A stretch of DNA of 64,000 nt from a virus. The notes under the pieces are model-generated. The model did not search any database, was not told the origin of the DNA, and was given only the letters and a program-made list of their open reading frames with translations. The stretch lies in the IMG/VR virus record IMGVR_UViG_3300042382_000102, positions 1 to 64,000 of that record; one strand, given 5' to 3'. Of this stretch, positions 9,789 through 22,400 are shown in pieces. A program made the position numbers and the translations under genes. The stretch's first letter is position 1, and the number at the start of each line of letters is the position of its first letter.

Positions 9789-12700
9789 TTATATTGCTAA
9801 GTTACCTATAACAACTCTTTTCTGATTATCAGAACCATAGACTATTAATTGACTATCTGTTAGTAGTATTCTGTTAGCACCTGTTGTATTACCAATGGCT
9901 AAAGCGGAAGTAGAAAGAGTACCAGTAATAACTGCACTACCATCTACATACAGGGTCACTAGACCCCAACTAGATCCATTGTATAAATATGTCTTAGACC
10001 ACTTGGTAGCACTAGTATTATTAAACAAAGTAACTCTATCCCCAGATCTTGCTGTATTGTCAGGAGAAATATAGGCATTGTTTAATGCTGCCTGACATGC
10101 AGTTGGAATATCGGTTGCACCTTCTGAGGTTGTAACAGCCCAAGTCAATATAGCAATACCCCTTACTCCAGGAATGCCTGGGAGTCCCTTATCACCTTTT
10201 ACAGTTTGTAAAAAGAGTAAACTTTGAGTATCAACTACTGAATTACTTCCAGCTAGATATAATACACCTCTAACAAACTTTGTAGTCAAAGGTACACTAG
10301 AGCTATCAACTGTTATTGTTTTAGAAGTAGTGTTATCACTTGCAGAACCAATTGTTGTCCATGTAGTTCCATCTGCACTTCTTTGAATTTCAATTTTACC
10401 AGGATACGCAGAATAAGGATTATTACCAGACTTTACTTGAGCATCAAATGTTAAAGTAGTGGGTGCATAGGTTAATAATACGCTATCATAAACTAAACTA
10501 GTAACGTTAGGTGAAATCTTATAAATAGAGCTAGACTTCATTTTAGTTAATGAAAATATTTTCCTAGCTACAATTTCAGTACCTACTTTTGCAATATAGG
10601 TTACCGTTGCTATATTAACGGTAGGTGAAGGATCAACACCAGTTGTTATTTGATAAATACCAAGACTATTAATTGTACCTACAGGTGGAGTAATAAAGCC
10701 AGTACTGCTCTCATACTCATAAGTAACTCCAGCTGCAATTTCAGCTCCTTTATAAACTGTAAATTGTCCTGTAGCTCCCTCATAGCTAGTTACTGCACCA
10801 GTTTCATTTGAAGGAAGACCTTGACTATCATTGCTAATAGAACCACTATAAGGGCTAGTACCATCTTTACCATCAATACTTTTATTAACAATTAACTCTT
10901 TCCTACCGACTACAGTAGTGCCAATCTTAGCAATAAAAGTTGCTTTGCCTATATCACTAGATATTGCACTTACAGTAACAAGACCTGTTGTTTCATTAAT
11001 TGAAGCAGTAAGATTTGTTGGTGTAATTTCAGGATCTAAATAAAAAGTTAATCCAGAAGTAATATAAGATGCACCTCTTGCAACTTGCATAGTAGTATAG
11101 AATGGTAACTGGTTATTAGGTGATAAAACCCCAGCGGCTGTATATCGAAGAGTTTTATTTTCATTAGTAAGTGTAGCATTATAACTATCATCACCATCTT
11201 TAACAGAGAATATAGTTACTTGATCATAAACATTTACAGTTGGATCAGTAGATGAGGTTACTATAACTTTTACTAATTTTGGTTGACCAATATACTTAGG
11301 TACTGAATATGTAGCTACAGTCCCTGAAGGAACAACCTCAACAGTATCTACAAACCAAGTATATCTTGGATTTTCAATACCTTCTGCAGATGCAGTGAAT
11401 TCGATAGTTGCAGGAAATACATCAGCTAATGAAGTCGTATTCTTAGGCTGAATAAATGCAATACCATTGGAAGTAAGATTTACTACTGGGGCATCTAAAC
11501 CATCAGCACCATCTGCTGCTTTATTAATTACAATTTTCTTCTCATGTATAGAACCATCAGACGTTACTGTAGCTCTAATTATTGCAGAGCCAACACGAGA
11601 AATAAGAGGTCCTGTAAATTGACTTACAGTTACTATTCCTGTACTTGCATTAACTGAAACATTTAAATTAACTGGTGTTCCAACAACTGAGAAAGATACT
11701 GTATTTGTATTTGCTGGAGTTGTAATAGTATTAGCAATATTTGAAGTACCACGGAATAATAACGGAGTCATTATTAATGGTAAAAAGTCAGGAAGGATAT
11801 TTCCATCTGGATCAGTACCAATAGTTCTATTAGCATCTACATAATCAAAGTTATAAGCATTACTACCATCTTTTACACTATACATTGTAATGCTATCAAA
11901 ACGTCTAATATTAGTATCCGTTGATTCGTATACTTCTACACTAATATTTCTAGTCTGACCACTTGGAAAAGCAAGAAGGTTAATCATACTAGTGGTATTA
12001 GATACCCCAGGATTAACCCCATCTATATCCCATACATAACGAGGATCATCAAATGCTTCTTCTCTTGCATAAATATTAATTGAAGCGTAATCAGGATTAT
12101 TTGAATTAGAAGGATAAACAAAAGCTAATCTATCAGGGTCTAATGTAACAATTCTAGTAGCTGCAGCAGTTGATTTAGCTATTCTTAATGTAATACTTAA
12201 TGTTAAACTTGCGGCTGTAATAGTAGCATCAATATCTACTCTAGCATAGGGATCATCAACCGCAGTAATTGTGAAAACACCATTTGTAGTTGTGTTACTT
12301 TGTAATGTACAACCAACTGGATTTAATGTATATACTATACCAGTTGTTACAGGTGTGGCCCCTTTATAAACATCAATAGTTATAGCTTGTGGTAATTGAC
12401 CTGCCTCTGGAACTCCATCTGAATTACAAGTTAAATTTAAAGATGCTTCAGATAAACCGATAGCATAAGAATCAGAACCAGCATTAATAAAATATACTGT
12501 TTCAAAATCCTCTAGAAAAGTTGTACTTGTACCTTCGGTTACCCTAACTTTAATATCTTTAGTTGGTACATCAATAAAGCTTGGTAAGCTAAATGTAGCT
12601 GATGTTTGTCCAGCTTGTAAAACTTCGTTAATATACCATTTATAGTTAGGTGCATCAAAACCAGTTACATTAACTGAAAATAAGATTGCTGTTGGAGCGA

Positions 12701-15209
12701 TAACACTACTATTAGCTTGTTTTACGAATGCTCTACCACTACCTTTTAATTTAACAGATTTGCCTGAGAATGCAGTAGCAAATATTGGAGATACAACCCC
12801 AGTTACAGCAATATCTGATAATTTACCACCCTTACTTAATGCTCTTACACCAAAAATTGTTTGGTCTAAGGTTAATGGAGGTAATATGTATTGAGTGTCT
12901 GTTGTACGACCTAGTTCAGTCCAAATTACTTCTCCATTGCCTGTTACATTACCAGGAAAATGATAGTATGTTATATAGCAATCTAGTTTAGATGTATCTG
13001 GAATACCAGTCCATTCTAACCTCCCTGATGAGTTTAGAATTTGAGCTGTTTCAGCTATGTATAGTAAATTAGATGGAGTTCCAAAATCAAAGGAATAAAC
13101 ATTAAGAGCTTTAATGTATTCATTATCATCTACATTCCATGCTAACTGAGTGTAATCAAACCTAGTAGCATTTATTTCACACACAGCCTCATCTGTAATT
13201 TTTACTTCATTAATTCTTAAATAAAGATCTGTATCAACACCTAGTTTAAGTGTTTGACTAGATAACTTAATAAAATCACCTGGCTCTAAGAACTTATCTT
13301 TAATTACATATTTAAACTTAATACCAAAGGCTGTCCTACTTGTTCTAACAAGTTCTTCTGCTTTTGCTAATGCATGGTAATAGTCTGTAATACCATCAGC
13401 AAAAATATCAGTTTCTAAATCTAAATCATTATCTTCTAATTTCATAGCAGTATAAACTGCATTACTATTATTAATAGATATTAGACTAGTATAGTTATCA
13501 GATCTTGTGGTCCAATAAATAAATGAACCTTTTGATAATTTTCCAGCAATACCTTTACCTGTACCACCTGAGTCCTGGGCTGTTAATCTAATTCTGTATT
13601 CAGTATCTTTAGTTAGAGTCACTGTACCTGTAGTAGTAGCTTGCCAGTCAGTAGCCGCTCCTGAATATAACACTGTACCTGTAGTAGTAGTTATGGAAGC
13701 TGTTGCAGAGTTATCACCAGTGAATTCAAAAGTATATGCACCTGTTTCTTTTACAAAGAATTTCCATGTTTGATCAAAAGAAGAACCACTGCCCGACCAT
13801 ACAGAGTATTTCTTAAGCAGAACACCACCTACACTATCATTCCAAGCATCATCTACTGATTGTGGGTATTTAAATCCACCTACTCCTCTTAGAGAAACAC
13901 CTGTTTCTTTAGGAGGCCATGATACTGTGTCTTCTTTAAAGTTTTCAGATTCATTATGGAATCTTACTGTACAATGATTTAATCTCTCGCTTGAAGTAGG
14001 CCAGTTAATACTTACATTATCATCAATAATTAAATCATCATCTGTAAGTGTATTTGCAAGTACAATATTAGAATTAGTTGTTGGGTATTGTATGCTTAGT
14101 TTATATTTACCGCCAGACCAAATAAGTCTTGCATCACCCATTGTTGAGAGAATAGATTCAACATTTTCTCTTAGTGGTTTTTGGGTATCAATAATCGCAT
14201 TACATTCGTAGAGTCTAATAGTTCTAGTATTACTAGTTGTAACTCCCTCAGCACCTAATGTTCCTGTTGTAGGCTTATAAATTTTTCCGCCTATAGATGC
14301 ATTAGATAATACTGTAGTATCACAAACTAATTTAGCATTATAAAATGATTCTAAATCAATTAAGCTATTATCTAAACCTTTTCCAGATGTATCATCTAAC
14401 AAATAGTCTAGTAAACATAATGCAGGATTATTAGAATATGCTCTAGTGCTAGAAATAGCATAAGTATAATTACCTACAGAACCTGATCTAGTAATATCTT
14501 TAACCTTTTTACCTTCAATAAAGAATTGAACAGTAGGTACACCATTTAAGGCGGGATCATCTCTATCTAGTTTAATACAGACAGAAGCGTAAGCTAATCC
14601 TACTTGATCTTTGATCTGAGTAAAAATAGCATTAACTCGTTCTGGATTATTTGCAGTCATAACTGCATCTGCTATTGGTGTATCTCCATAATGCAAATCA
14701 ATACGTAAACCTGATTTTACTGAACTAGATGTTGTATAAGTGTATGGTACATTTTCACCATCCCCTGCACTTGTAGTTATTGTTTGAGTAGTGGATAGGT
14801 CTGGATCATCTAAATACCTAGACTCTTCTAATACTACATCGTATACTCTATTAATTGGACCCTGACACATTGCTTGTTGGAAAAATAGAAATTCATTAGA
14901 TCTACCTTCTACATTAGTATCAAATCCTGAACTTAGAAATACTTTATCAGAATTAGGAGTAGCCATTACAAAATTGTTAGACGTGTTATGATAAGACCTA
15001 ACACCACCAATTTTTGCTCTACCATATACTATTGGTAAAGTTACACCTTCACCTTCTACAACTAATTCATAACCTTTACGAGCTTCAGCAGCAGCTTGTG
15101 CTTGCTTTCTCATTTTTCTAGCTTGTGTAACTTGATATGCAATAGATGCTAAGGTAATCCAAGTACTAACTGTAAGTCCTAAATAGGTTGCTGCTAATAT
15201 TGCTGCCAT
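9789..15209 (-). CDS. Central tail tip / host-specificity protein (lambda J-like) with PA14-like insertion and Ig/FN3-like repeats
   Basis: LPIVYGRAKIGG, GLAYASV, YSNNPALCLLDYL motifs; position after Dit/hub genes; start probably 15209 (TAATG overlap) rather than 15224. Confidence 0.8.
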   Translation of the reverse strand: MAAILAATYLGLTVSTWITLASIAYQVTQARKMRKQAQAAAEARKGYELVVEGEGVTLPIVYGRAKIGGVRSYHNTSNNFVMATPNSDKVFLSSGFDTNVEGRSNEFLFFQQAMCQGPINRVYDVVLEESRYLDDPDLSTTQTITTSAGDGENVPYTYTTSSSVKSGLRIDLHYGDTPIADAVMTANNPERVNAIFTQIKDQVGLAYASVCIKLDRDDPALNGVPTVQFFIEGKKVKDITRSGSVGNYTYAISSTRAYSNNPALCLLDYLLDDTSGKGLDNSLIDLESFYNAKLVCDTTVLSNASIGGKIYKPTTGTLGAEGVTTSNTRTIRLYECNAIIDTQKPLRENVESILSTMGDARLIWSGGKYKLSIQYPTTNSNIVLANTLTDDDLIIDDNVSINWPTSSERLNHCTVRFHNESENFKEDTVSWPPKETGVSLRGVGGFKYPQSVDDAWNDSVGGVLLKKYSVWSGSGSSFDQTWKFFVKETGAYTFEFTGDNSATASITTTTGTVLYSGAATDWQATTTGTVTLTKDTEYRIRLTAQDSGGTGKGIAGKLSKGSFIYWTTRSDNYTSLISINNSNAVYTAMKLEDNDLDLETDIFADGITDYYHALAKAEELVRTSRTAFGIKFKYVIKDKFLEPGDFIKLSSQTLKLGVDTDLYLRINEVKITDEAVCEINATRFDYTQLAWNVDDNEYIKALNVYSFDFGTPSNLLYIAETAQILNSSGRLEWTGIPDTSKLDCYITYYHFPGNVTGNGEVIWTELGRTTDTQYILPPLTLDQTIFGVRALSKGGKLSDIAVTGVVSPIFATAFSGKSVKLKGSGRAFVKQANSSVIAPTAILFSVNVTGFDAPNYKWYINEVLQAGQTSATFSLPSFIDVPTKDIKVRVTEGTSTTFLEDFETVYFINAGSDSYAIGLSEASLNLTCNSDGVPEAGQLPQAITIDVYKGATPVTTGIVYTLNPVGCTLQSNTTTNGVFTITAVDDPYARVDIDATITAASLTLSITLRIAKSTAAATRIVTLDPDRLAFVYPSNSNNPDYASINIYAREEAFDDPRYVWDIDGVNPGVSNTTSMINLLAFPSGQTRNISVEVYESTDTNIRRFDSITMYSVKDGSNAYNFDYVDANRTIGTDPDGNILPDFLPLIMTPLLFRGTSNIANTITTPANTNTVSFSVVGTPVNLNVSVNASTGIVTVSQFTGPLISRVGSAIIRATVTSDGSIHEKKIVINKAADGADGLDAPVVNLTSNGIAFIQPKNTTSLADVFPATIEFTASAEGIENPRYTWFVDTVEVVPSGTVATYSVPKYIGQPKLVKVIVTSSTDPTVNVYDQVTIFSVKDGDDSYNATLTNENKTLRYTAAGVLSPNNQLPFYTTMQVARGASYITSGLTFYLDPEITPTNLTASINETTGLVTVSAISSDIGKATFIAKIGTTVVGRKELIVNKSIDGKDGTSPYSGSISNDSQGLPSNETGAVTSYEGATGQFTVYKGAEIAAGVTYEYESSTGFITPPVGTINSLGIYQITTGVDPSPTVNIATVTYIAKVGTEIVARKIFSLTKMKSSSIYKISPNVTSLVYDSVLLTYAPTTLTFDAQVKSGNNPYSAYPGKIEIQRSADGTTWTTIGSASDNTTSKTITVDSSSVPLTTKFVRGVLYLAGSNSVVDTQSLLFLQTVKGDKGLPGIPGVRGIAILTWAVTTSEGATDIPTACQAALNNAYISPDNTARSGDRVTLFNNTSATKWSKTYLYNGSSWGLVTLYVDGSAVITGTLSTSALAIGNTTGANRILLTDSQLIVYGSDNQKRVVIGNLAI

Positions 15210-15805
15210 TATTTCTTCCCCCATTTAAGTTGTAATACTCCAGAACCTTCGTATATTTGATCAAAAGAAGTGTCTGAAGAATCTCTGCCAAAAGTAGCAT
15301 CTTTAGTAGTATAAAAAGCTTTTGTTAGATCAAGATCATTCATTGGACTTGAGCAATTAACATTTAATAATACTTCACCTGTAGTTCCAGTGTTAATACT
15401 ATATTCTGTACTATCTATTTTTCCACGATATATTGTTAATAGATTAGCAATATCTAACTCTGGTAACTTAGTAGTTTGATTTACAAACCCTAGTTTAACA
15501 TCTACAAGTTTACCAATTAAACCTGAATCTACACTTGCACCAAATACAAAGGTAGGATCAGCAAAACTTATTTTAAATAATTCTCTATCTACAGTAGATG
15601 ATAATCTTGGAGTATCGATTTGTACTAGTTTGCCATCATTATAATATGTAGTAACTGGTACAGAATTATTTGTTATAACTACATCCCTATAATATGTAGT
15701 TGATCTGTATGTTGTACCTGAAGATACATATACTTCAACTAAATAGAATGCCTCAATAGTTGGTTGAGACAGTATATTTCTAACTGTTGTACTAAATTGA
15801 ATCAT
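15209..15805 (-). CDS. Tail tip / baseplate hub protein (DUF2163/gpL-like)
   Basis: 198 aa between Dit-like and J-like genes; C-terminal LKWG motif. Confidence 0.6.
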   Translation of the reverse strand: MIQFSTTVRNILSQPTIEAFYLVEVYVSSGTTYRSTTYYRDVVITNNSVPVTTYYNDGKLVQIDTPRLSSTVDRELFKISFADPTFVFGASVDSGLIGKLVDVKLGFVNQTTKLPELDIANLLTIYRGKIDSTEYSINTGTTGEVLLNVNCSSPMNDLDLTKAFYTTKDATFGRDSSDTSFDQIYEGSGVLQLKWGKK

Positions 15806-16401
15806 AACTTCTCCAATAACCTTATCTGTCCAGTATCCATCATGATACCATCACTATAAACCATACCCGATACCACATCAGTATCATACAGGCATTGCAT
15901 TTGAACATCATCTCTATATGTCATTGTACCAGTTGCAGCAGCAACTAATGTAGGGAAAATACTAATCGTACTTGGTGTACCAGTAGTAAATGTAACATTT
16001 GTTGTTGTCATATAAACCTTAGAATGATTTGAAAACTTTATAAAAGTACCCTTTGGAATTAAACCAGATAAACCAGATATACTTACTTGTCCAGAACCAA
16101 TAGTTCCAGTTGCCGTGGCAGTTCCGTTAGCTGTTCTAGCTTTAATTACTCCATAGTTTTGAGGTACAATAATTGTAACTGCTTCAGAATACCCTTTAGT
16201 CACTAAATTAACCATTATGTCTTGGGCATTATCCGTATGAGGCTCAAGGCCAGCGTCGATTTCCCAACGTTGAGCACTCCTACGGCTAATAAACCTTTTT
16301 AGTGATAGGGTATCTGAAACGAAGACTGGTTGATTACTTCTTACAGTCAACGGTGCTGTAAAACGAGCAATCACCTCTCCATTTTCATAGATACCATACA
16401 T
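15802..16401 (-). CDS. Distal tail protein (Dit-like)
   Basis: Immediately after the tape measure; AQRWEI and G.FIKF.NH.KVY motifs. Confidence 0.6.
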   Translation of the reverse strand: MYGIYENGEVIARFTAPLTVRSNQPVFVSDTLSLKRFISRRSAQRWEIDAGLEPHTDNAQDIMVNLVTKGYSEAVTIIVPQNYGVIKARTANGTATATGTIGSGQVSISGLSGLIPKGTFIKFSNHSKVYMTTTNVTFTTGTPSTISIFPTLVAAATGTMTYRDDVQMQCLYDTDVVSGMVYSDGIMMDTGQIRLLEKL

Positions 16402-16405
16402 AATA

Positions 16406-19400
16406 TTACCTTAAACCTTTCTCTCTATTGTGGGAGTTAACCCCCTCAGCAATAGATGGGAGCATTCTATAAATTTCCGATTTTGTCTGACGACTAATAT
16501 CGCCAGTGATATTTAAATTAACTACTTGTTGACCTTGATTAGACATAGCAGAGGCTACTCTAGCTTGTTGTGCTTCGTTTAGAATTACTTCACCTGCGTG
16601 AGCAAGAACTGGTGTAGCGGTACCTGAAGAACCAGGAATAACACCACCTGAAGCAAATCCAGGTAAGAAGCTAAAGAATGAACTAAAACCTGAAAGTCCT
16701 TTAGTAAAGAAGTCTCCAATACCACTTCCAAATCCTTTTAGTTTATCAAACATGCCTGTAATACCTCCAGTGCCACCTAATAAATCTTGAGCACCTGCAA
16801 CTATTGAAACATACATTGGTTTTAGAGGAGATTCTCCTACAGTGCCAAATAGATCTACGCCTAGAGATTCACCTAATGATTTACTAATATCTTTAAATAA
16901 AAAGTCATTTAATTGACCAGCAAAAGCATCAGTAACAGTACTAGTAGCAGCATTTAAGAAAGTTTTGCCCCTATCTTTTTCACCAGTAATAGTATTTTTA
17001 ATTAGGTCTTTACTTGAACCAAGCAATGAAGAACCAATTTGTTTCTTACGATCTTCTTGATCACTAATACCTTGAACGATAGCAAGCTCTTTTTCTAGTA
17101 CAGCTAATCTCTCTTTATCTAGAGTATTTCCTTGTAGTTTTAAATTGTTTATTTCTTTATTAATATCAGCTATTTTTGTACTTGCAGCTTGAGCTAAACC
17201 AAATTCTTTAGGGTCTAATTTTCTTAATAAATCAGTAGGTAGTCCAGTATTAGCACTTATTTGAGAAAATAATTCACCAAATGTTGTTGGTTTAGCTTTA
17301 AATTCATCTAGGCTATTTGTAATTGCCTTGATGCTATCTTTAGCTTGATTAATTCTCTTTAGACTTTCTTCTGAAAGTGGATCAGCGCCTTTTTCAAGAT
17401 CAGCTAATTTCTTTTGCTCTGTACCTAAATCAATTAATAGTTGTTTTACTGTAGTAGCATCTTTTCCAAAACCAGCAATATCAACAATTTTAAAGTCATA
17501 CTTAGCCTTCTTAAGAATATTAGGTATCTCACCATTTACAAGTATATCAAATCTGTCTTTTACTTCTTCAACAGCTTTAAAATTTTCCTGTAATGCTGCT
17601 CTATCTAAAATCTTAAACGTATCACCCTCAGTAACTATTAGTTTCTTACGAGCATCATCTAGGTTATTAAGTTGTGTCCTAATAGCTTCAAACTTACCCG
17701 TGTCAGCATCTGTAAATCCTTGGAAGAATTCTTGACCAACAGTAACACCTGTACGACTAGCTAACGATTCTATTTTAGTAACTATATTACGATCTAACGC
17801 AGAATCTCTTTGTTTGTTTAATTCCTTAATTTGTCTATCAAATTCAGCAATCATTCCAACATCAAGGGTTGTTAAACCATTAGGATCATTTCTTCTAGTT
17901 AGTAGAAATTTATCTTTTTGATCTTGTAAAGTTCTTATCTGAGTAGTAAAGCCTTGTGCATCAAGAATATCTTTTGTAGCTAATCCAGAGGTAAATAGTT
18001 CATTAATGTCAATCTTTGATCCACTTTTAGAGATACTATCAGCAAATATTTCAAGAACATTCTTACCTTTGTCTCTCATAATACTAGCATACTCTGCTTC
18101 AGTACCTACAATTCTATCAGAAATTTCTTTAGCTCTTTTAGGATCACTTGGTAAACCTGTTATATTAGCCGATAAGCTCTTAAGTAAATTTTTGTCGTTA
18201 AAGCTTTGGACTAATAACTCAGACGCACGTTTAGACTCTGCTGGAGATAACATCAAAGACTTCATTAGATCAGCAGAAAGGTTTGTTTTACCAATTTGGA
18301 AACTAAAGTTTTCTGTAAAGTCTCTAACCTGAAATTCTTCTTGAATTATCTTCTTAGCTGCGATAGCTTGACGAGCAATAGCCGCCTTATAATTTGGTGG
18401 TAATCTTGGATCAGCACTTATAGCATCTGCCTTTTCAAGTTGTTCTCTAAACTTCTCTAGTCTGGCAGTACCTCTTGCCCCAAAAGCATCAATAAGCTCT
18501 CTGTTTAAGTTTACACCCAAACCTGATAAAGATTTAGATAAACCTTCATTTCCAGTTAGTCTTTCAATTTCTTTATTAAAATCTCTAAGTGCATCTCTAC
18601 CCATTAAAAAGGCTTTAGCTAATTTTTCAGCATCAGTTCCTGCTTCTGCCTCGGCTACTTTTGCTTCTTGTAATCTCTTTGTATATACAAATAAAGCGTC
18701 TTGTAATACTTTAGCATTATCAGCTCCTGCAAATTTGAAGAAGTCAGGTACACTAATATTTGTACCAGCTATTTTAAATAAGTTTTCAAGTTTCTTTTTA
18801 AGAGACCCTGCAGCTTTAGATTGTTCTAACTCAAAGTTTAGATTTTCAACCTTAGCATCAATCTGAACTTGAATAGCTAATGCTTCATCACTACCTTTAG
18901 CTTTTTCGCTTAATTGTTTAAATAATGCTTCTAACTCATTTGTAAGTGCATTGACTTGAGCAGGATTATCAAAACCAAATAAATCTTTTAACTCTACCTT
19001 AATACCTGCGCCTACTTGGAATTTCTCTAATCCAGCTAATGCTTTCTGTGCATCACCTAATGATGTTTTATATTTGTCAACAGCGGCACGTTCTTCAGCC
19101 AGTTTCTTAAACTCAGTACTTAATTTATTAACTTGTTTTCGAGCAAGCTCTAGTTCTAACTCTGATCTTTTAAATCCACCAAATAGTCTTGAGAATATTC
19201 CACTAAATCCAGTTAGATTACCAATAGCATTATTAAGTCTATTAAATGCCATTACTGACATTTGTATTTCTTCTGGCTTTAGATATTTGTCAATCTCTTT
19301 AAATACATCTACATTAGAAGAAAGTTCTTTGTTTACGTCTCTAGCACGAGAATCATTAAACTTACTAAACTTATCAATTATCTTTTCAAAAGGTAATACA

Positions 19401-22400
19401 AAGTTCTCAATAGAAAAGCTTGAAAAGAATGGTACTTGTCTATTTAAATCTCTATTCATAAATGCGAATAAAGAACCTGCTTGAATTTCAGCAGCTTTCA
19501 TAGAGGTAGCTAAATCATCCATGCTACTATTAAATGCGTACTTATCAGCCTTCTTATCAAATAAATCTCTAAGTTTCTGTAGGTCTGCTGTAGTTTCAGC
19601 TGTAACAGAACCTAAGTCTTCTTCTTCTTCTTTGGCTCTCTTAATAACTTCAGAGAGTCTAGTAGCTAAACTATTTAATGATTTAGATTGACCTTCGGTT
19701 AATTTACTATAGTTAATACCACTAATTTTTCCTGAGAAATCTAATGCTTGACCACCTAATTCAGACTTAGGTAATAATGCCTCTAATTGCTTTTGACCAG
19801 ATGGTTTCATACGGAATAACTTTGCAAGCTTCTCAATGACATCATCAAGTTTAGCCATGAAGCCATCACCTTCACCAAATAACCATATTGCAATAGCACC
19901 AATACCAAGAGTAGCTACAATAGTAATAATGCCTGCTACTGATGTGACTATAAGAGCAATACCCTTAATAACAACTCCTATAGCATATATTATACTACCT
20001 ACTACACCACCTAGAATACCACCTATAACTAAAATACCACTCATTAACGCTTTAAGACCAGCTGCTGTTTTAGCAAAGAAACCTATCCATCCACCAGTAA
20101 GTAATTGTAAAGAACCTGCAAGTACTCCAGTTGCAATACCTGCATAATTGATAGCCATACCTACACCCCAAAGGGCTTTGAGTCCAGCATTACCCATAAT
20201 ACTAAAGGCAGTAACTACATTCTTAAGTGCTCCACCAAAGAATGCCCAACCAGCTGGTGGTAGTAACAAAGCATAAATACCATAGTCACCTACAAAGGAA
20301 AGGATAGAATCAAATATATTAGAGGTAATACTAGTTGTCTCAGCTTGAGCGGCATTTGCTGCACCAGTAAACAATGCAAAGATAGAAATTAAAGCACCAG
20401 CAATAAATCCCTTTTTACCTTTAAATAGTTTACCAAGTAAGCCTTCAGGTCCAGCCATTCCTTCAACATCTACATTCATCTTATTTAAAACAGATTTAAT
20501 GTTATCTGTATAAACTTTAGCTCTTAACGCTGGATCAACTCCTTCTTTACCAAGAAGAGAAGTATCAAGTAAACTTTTACTCTTACCAAGATCTTTGAGC
20601 TTATCTGCGGCTTTAGAAACAGTTTCTTTAATAGTACTAGAGGCAGATTTTACTTTTTCATCTACCTTTTTCTTTATTGAATCCCCTTCTTCTTTACCGA
20701 ATAGGAAATCTGTAATACTTATTTTACCTTTAGTGTAGTCTTCTCTATTTTGACCGTTATTAATATTGCCAAGAACTTTACCTACAATGTCTTTTACTTT
20801 ATTAATCTTGCTAGTTATTTCACTAGCTTTGATATCTCCAAATAAACTAGTAAATAATTTTGTTTTGGATATAGTAGCTGCTGCTGCTAAGGATTGCGTA
20901 ATAAAGAATTTAAACACAGATGCGAGAGAATCTTTAATAAGTTTACCTGCAACATCCTCACCGAGCATTGCAAGAGTAACTAATGGAATGCCAGCAGCCA
21001 AAGCTACGGCCATGCTAACATGATCTGAGAATCCAGAGAATATTAGAGATACACCTGCAACTAAATACTTAAAGTTAGCGCCTAATAGGGCTTGACCTAA
21101 TAATCCACCACTGTTTGCACTAGAGCCTGCTGATCCAGCAACAAAAGCTAAAAAGCCGCTTACAAATTCTTTAACAACAGATACTTTACTAAGTATAGTA
21201 GCAATACCTGCTCCAACTAAAATAGTACCTAGTAAGCCTGAATCCCCTACACTAAAGAAAGAGAAAAGACTAGAGATAGCAGAGCCAATAATACCAAACT
21301 GTTCTAGGAATGCTTTTCCAAATGCATCAGCAAATGTTACTAATTGACCTAGTAATTCAGGAATAGCTTCTATAGCTTCTCTTAGATAGAACCCAATAAT
21401 AGATCCTGCAGTTTCACCAATTTCTTTAAATATATTAGCGTCAAATGCTTCGTATAATGCTTCTCCTATTTTTGGGATTAATGCTGCTTTGATTAATATT
21501 GCAGCACCCGAAAAGAATGCGGCAAATGTAGCAGGAGCTACTAATGCAACAATAGCAGCTAATACAAACACATCGGCAATATTCTTGAATACTGCGCCAA
21601 GTTCTTTGAGTGGTAGGCTAGAGATCATTTCCCTAACATCTATCTTTTCTATCTTAAGCTTTACTTTAGCTACAGTATCTTTTAGAGTATCTTTAACAGT
21701 ACTACCAATGCTACTGTTACCAATTGTATCTCTTGTGTCTAATCCTTTTGCTGTAATTTTAGTAAAAAGATCTTTAGTACTATTTTTCAAATCAGAGAAA
21801 GAAGCTTTAACTTTCTTTGTAAATGCGTCTATCTTTGTTGTGCCTTCTGTGTATAACTTATCAGCCCAACGTAATACACCATCAACCATATCTGGCCAGT
21901 AAGAATTACCTACTACTTTATCGTATATATCAAAAAAGTAACCCTTAATTTTAGTAGCAAAGTCTCGTATAAAACCTTCTACTTTACTTAACTTGGTAAA
22001 AATACTATCTTCAATTTTGCTACTCATATAAAGCATATAGCCTACAATAGCAATAACAGTATTTTCGATAACAGCTCTTACTTCTGCAAATGCAGTAACA
22101 AATCCGTATAATGAGCCAATTGCTACGTCTAGGCCTAGCAAGTTAGACACTAGTAATTTGAGACCAGCAACACCTTTGACTTGGAGTATAGCGAATGTTT
22201 CCAATAGACTAGGGTTTAAACCAAGTAAACTCCTAGTAAGATAGATTAAATTAGTTGTAAATTCTGCAATATAAGTTAACGAGAGTACTACTGCAGGTGC
22301 AAAGAATCTCTGAATAGTATAGCTTAAGATCTGTAATGATTGTAGACCTAATTCAAGAAACCTATCAAAACGTATATTAGAAAATTCAATAAGTGGATTA

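Noticed and set aside
3165-15209. Diversity-generating retroelement acting on the adhesin or tip genes
   Set aside because: No reverse transcriptase and no TR/VR pair with adenine-specific differences was seen; the repeats are diverged protein-domain duplications.
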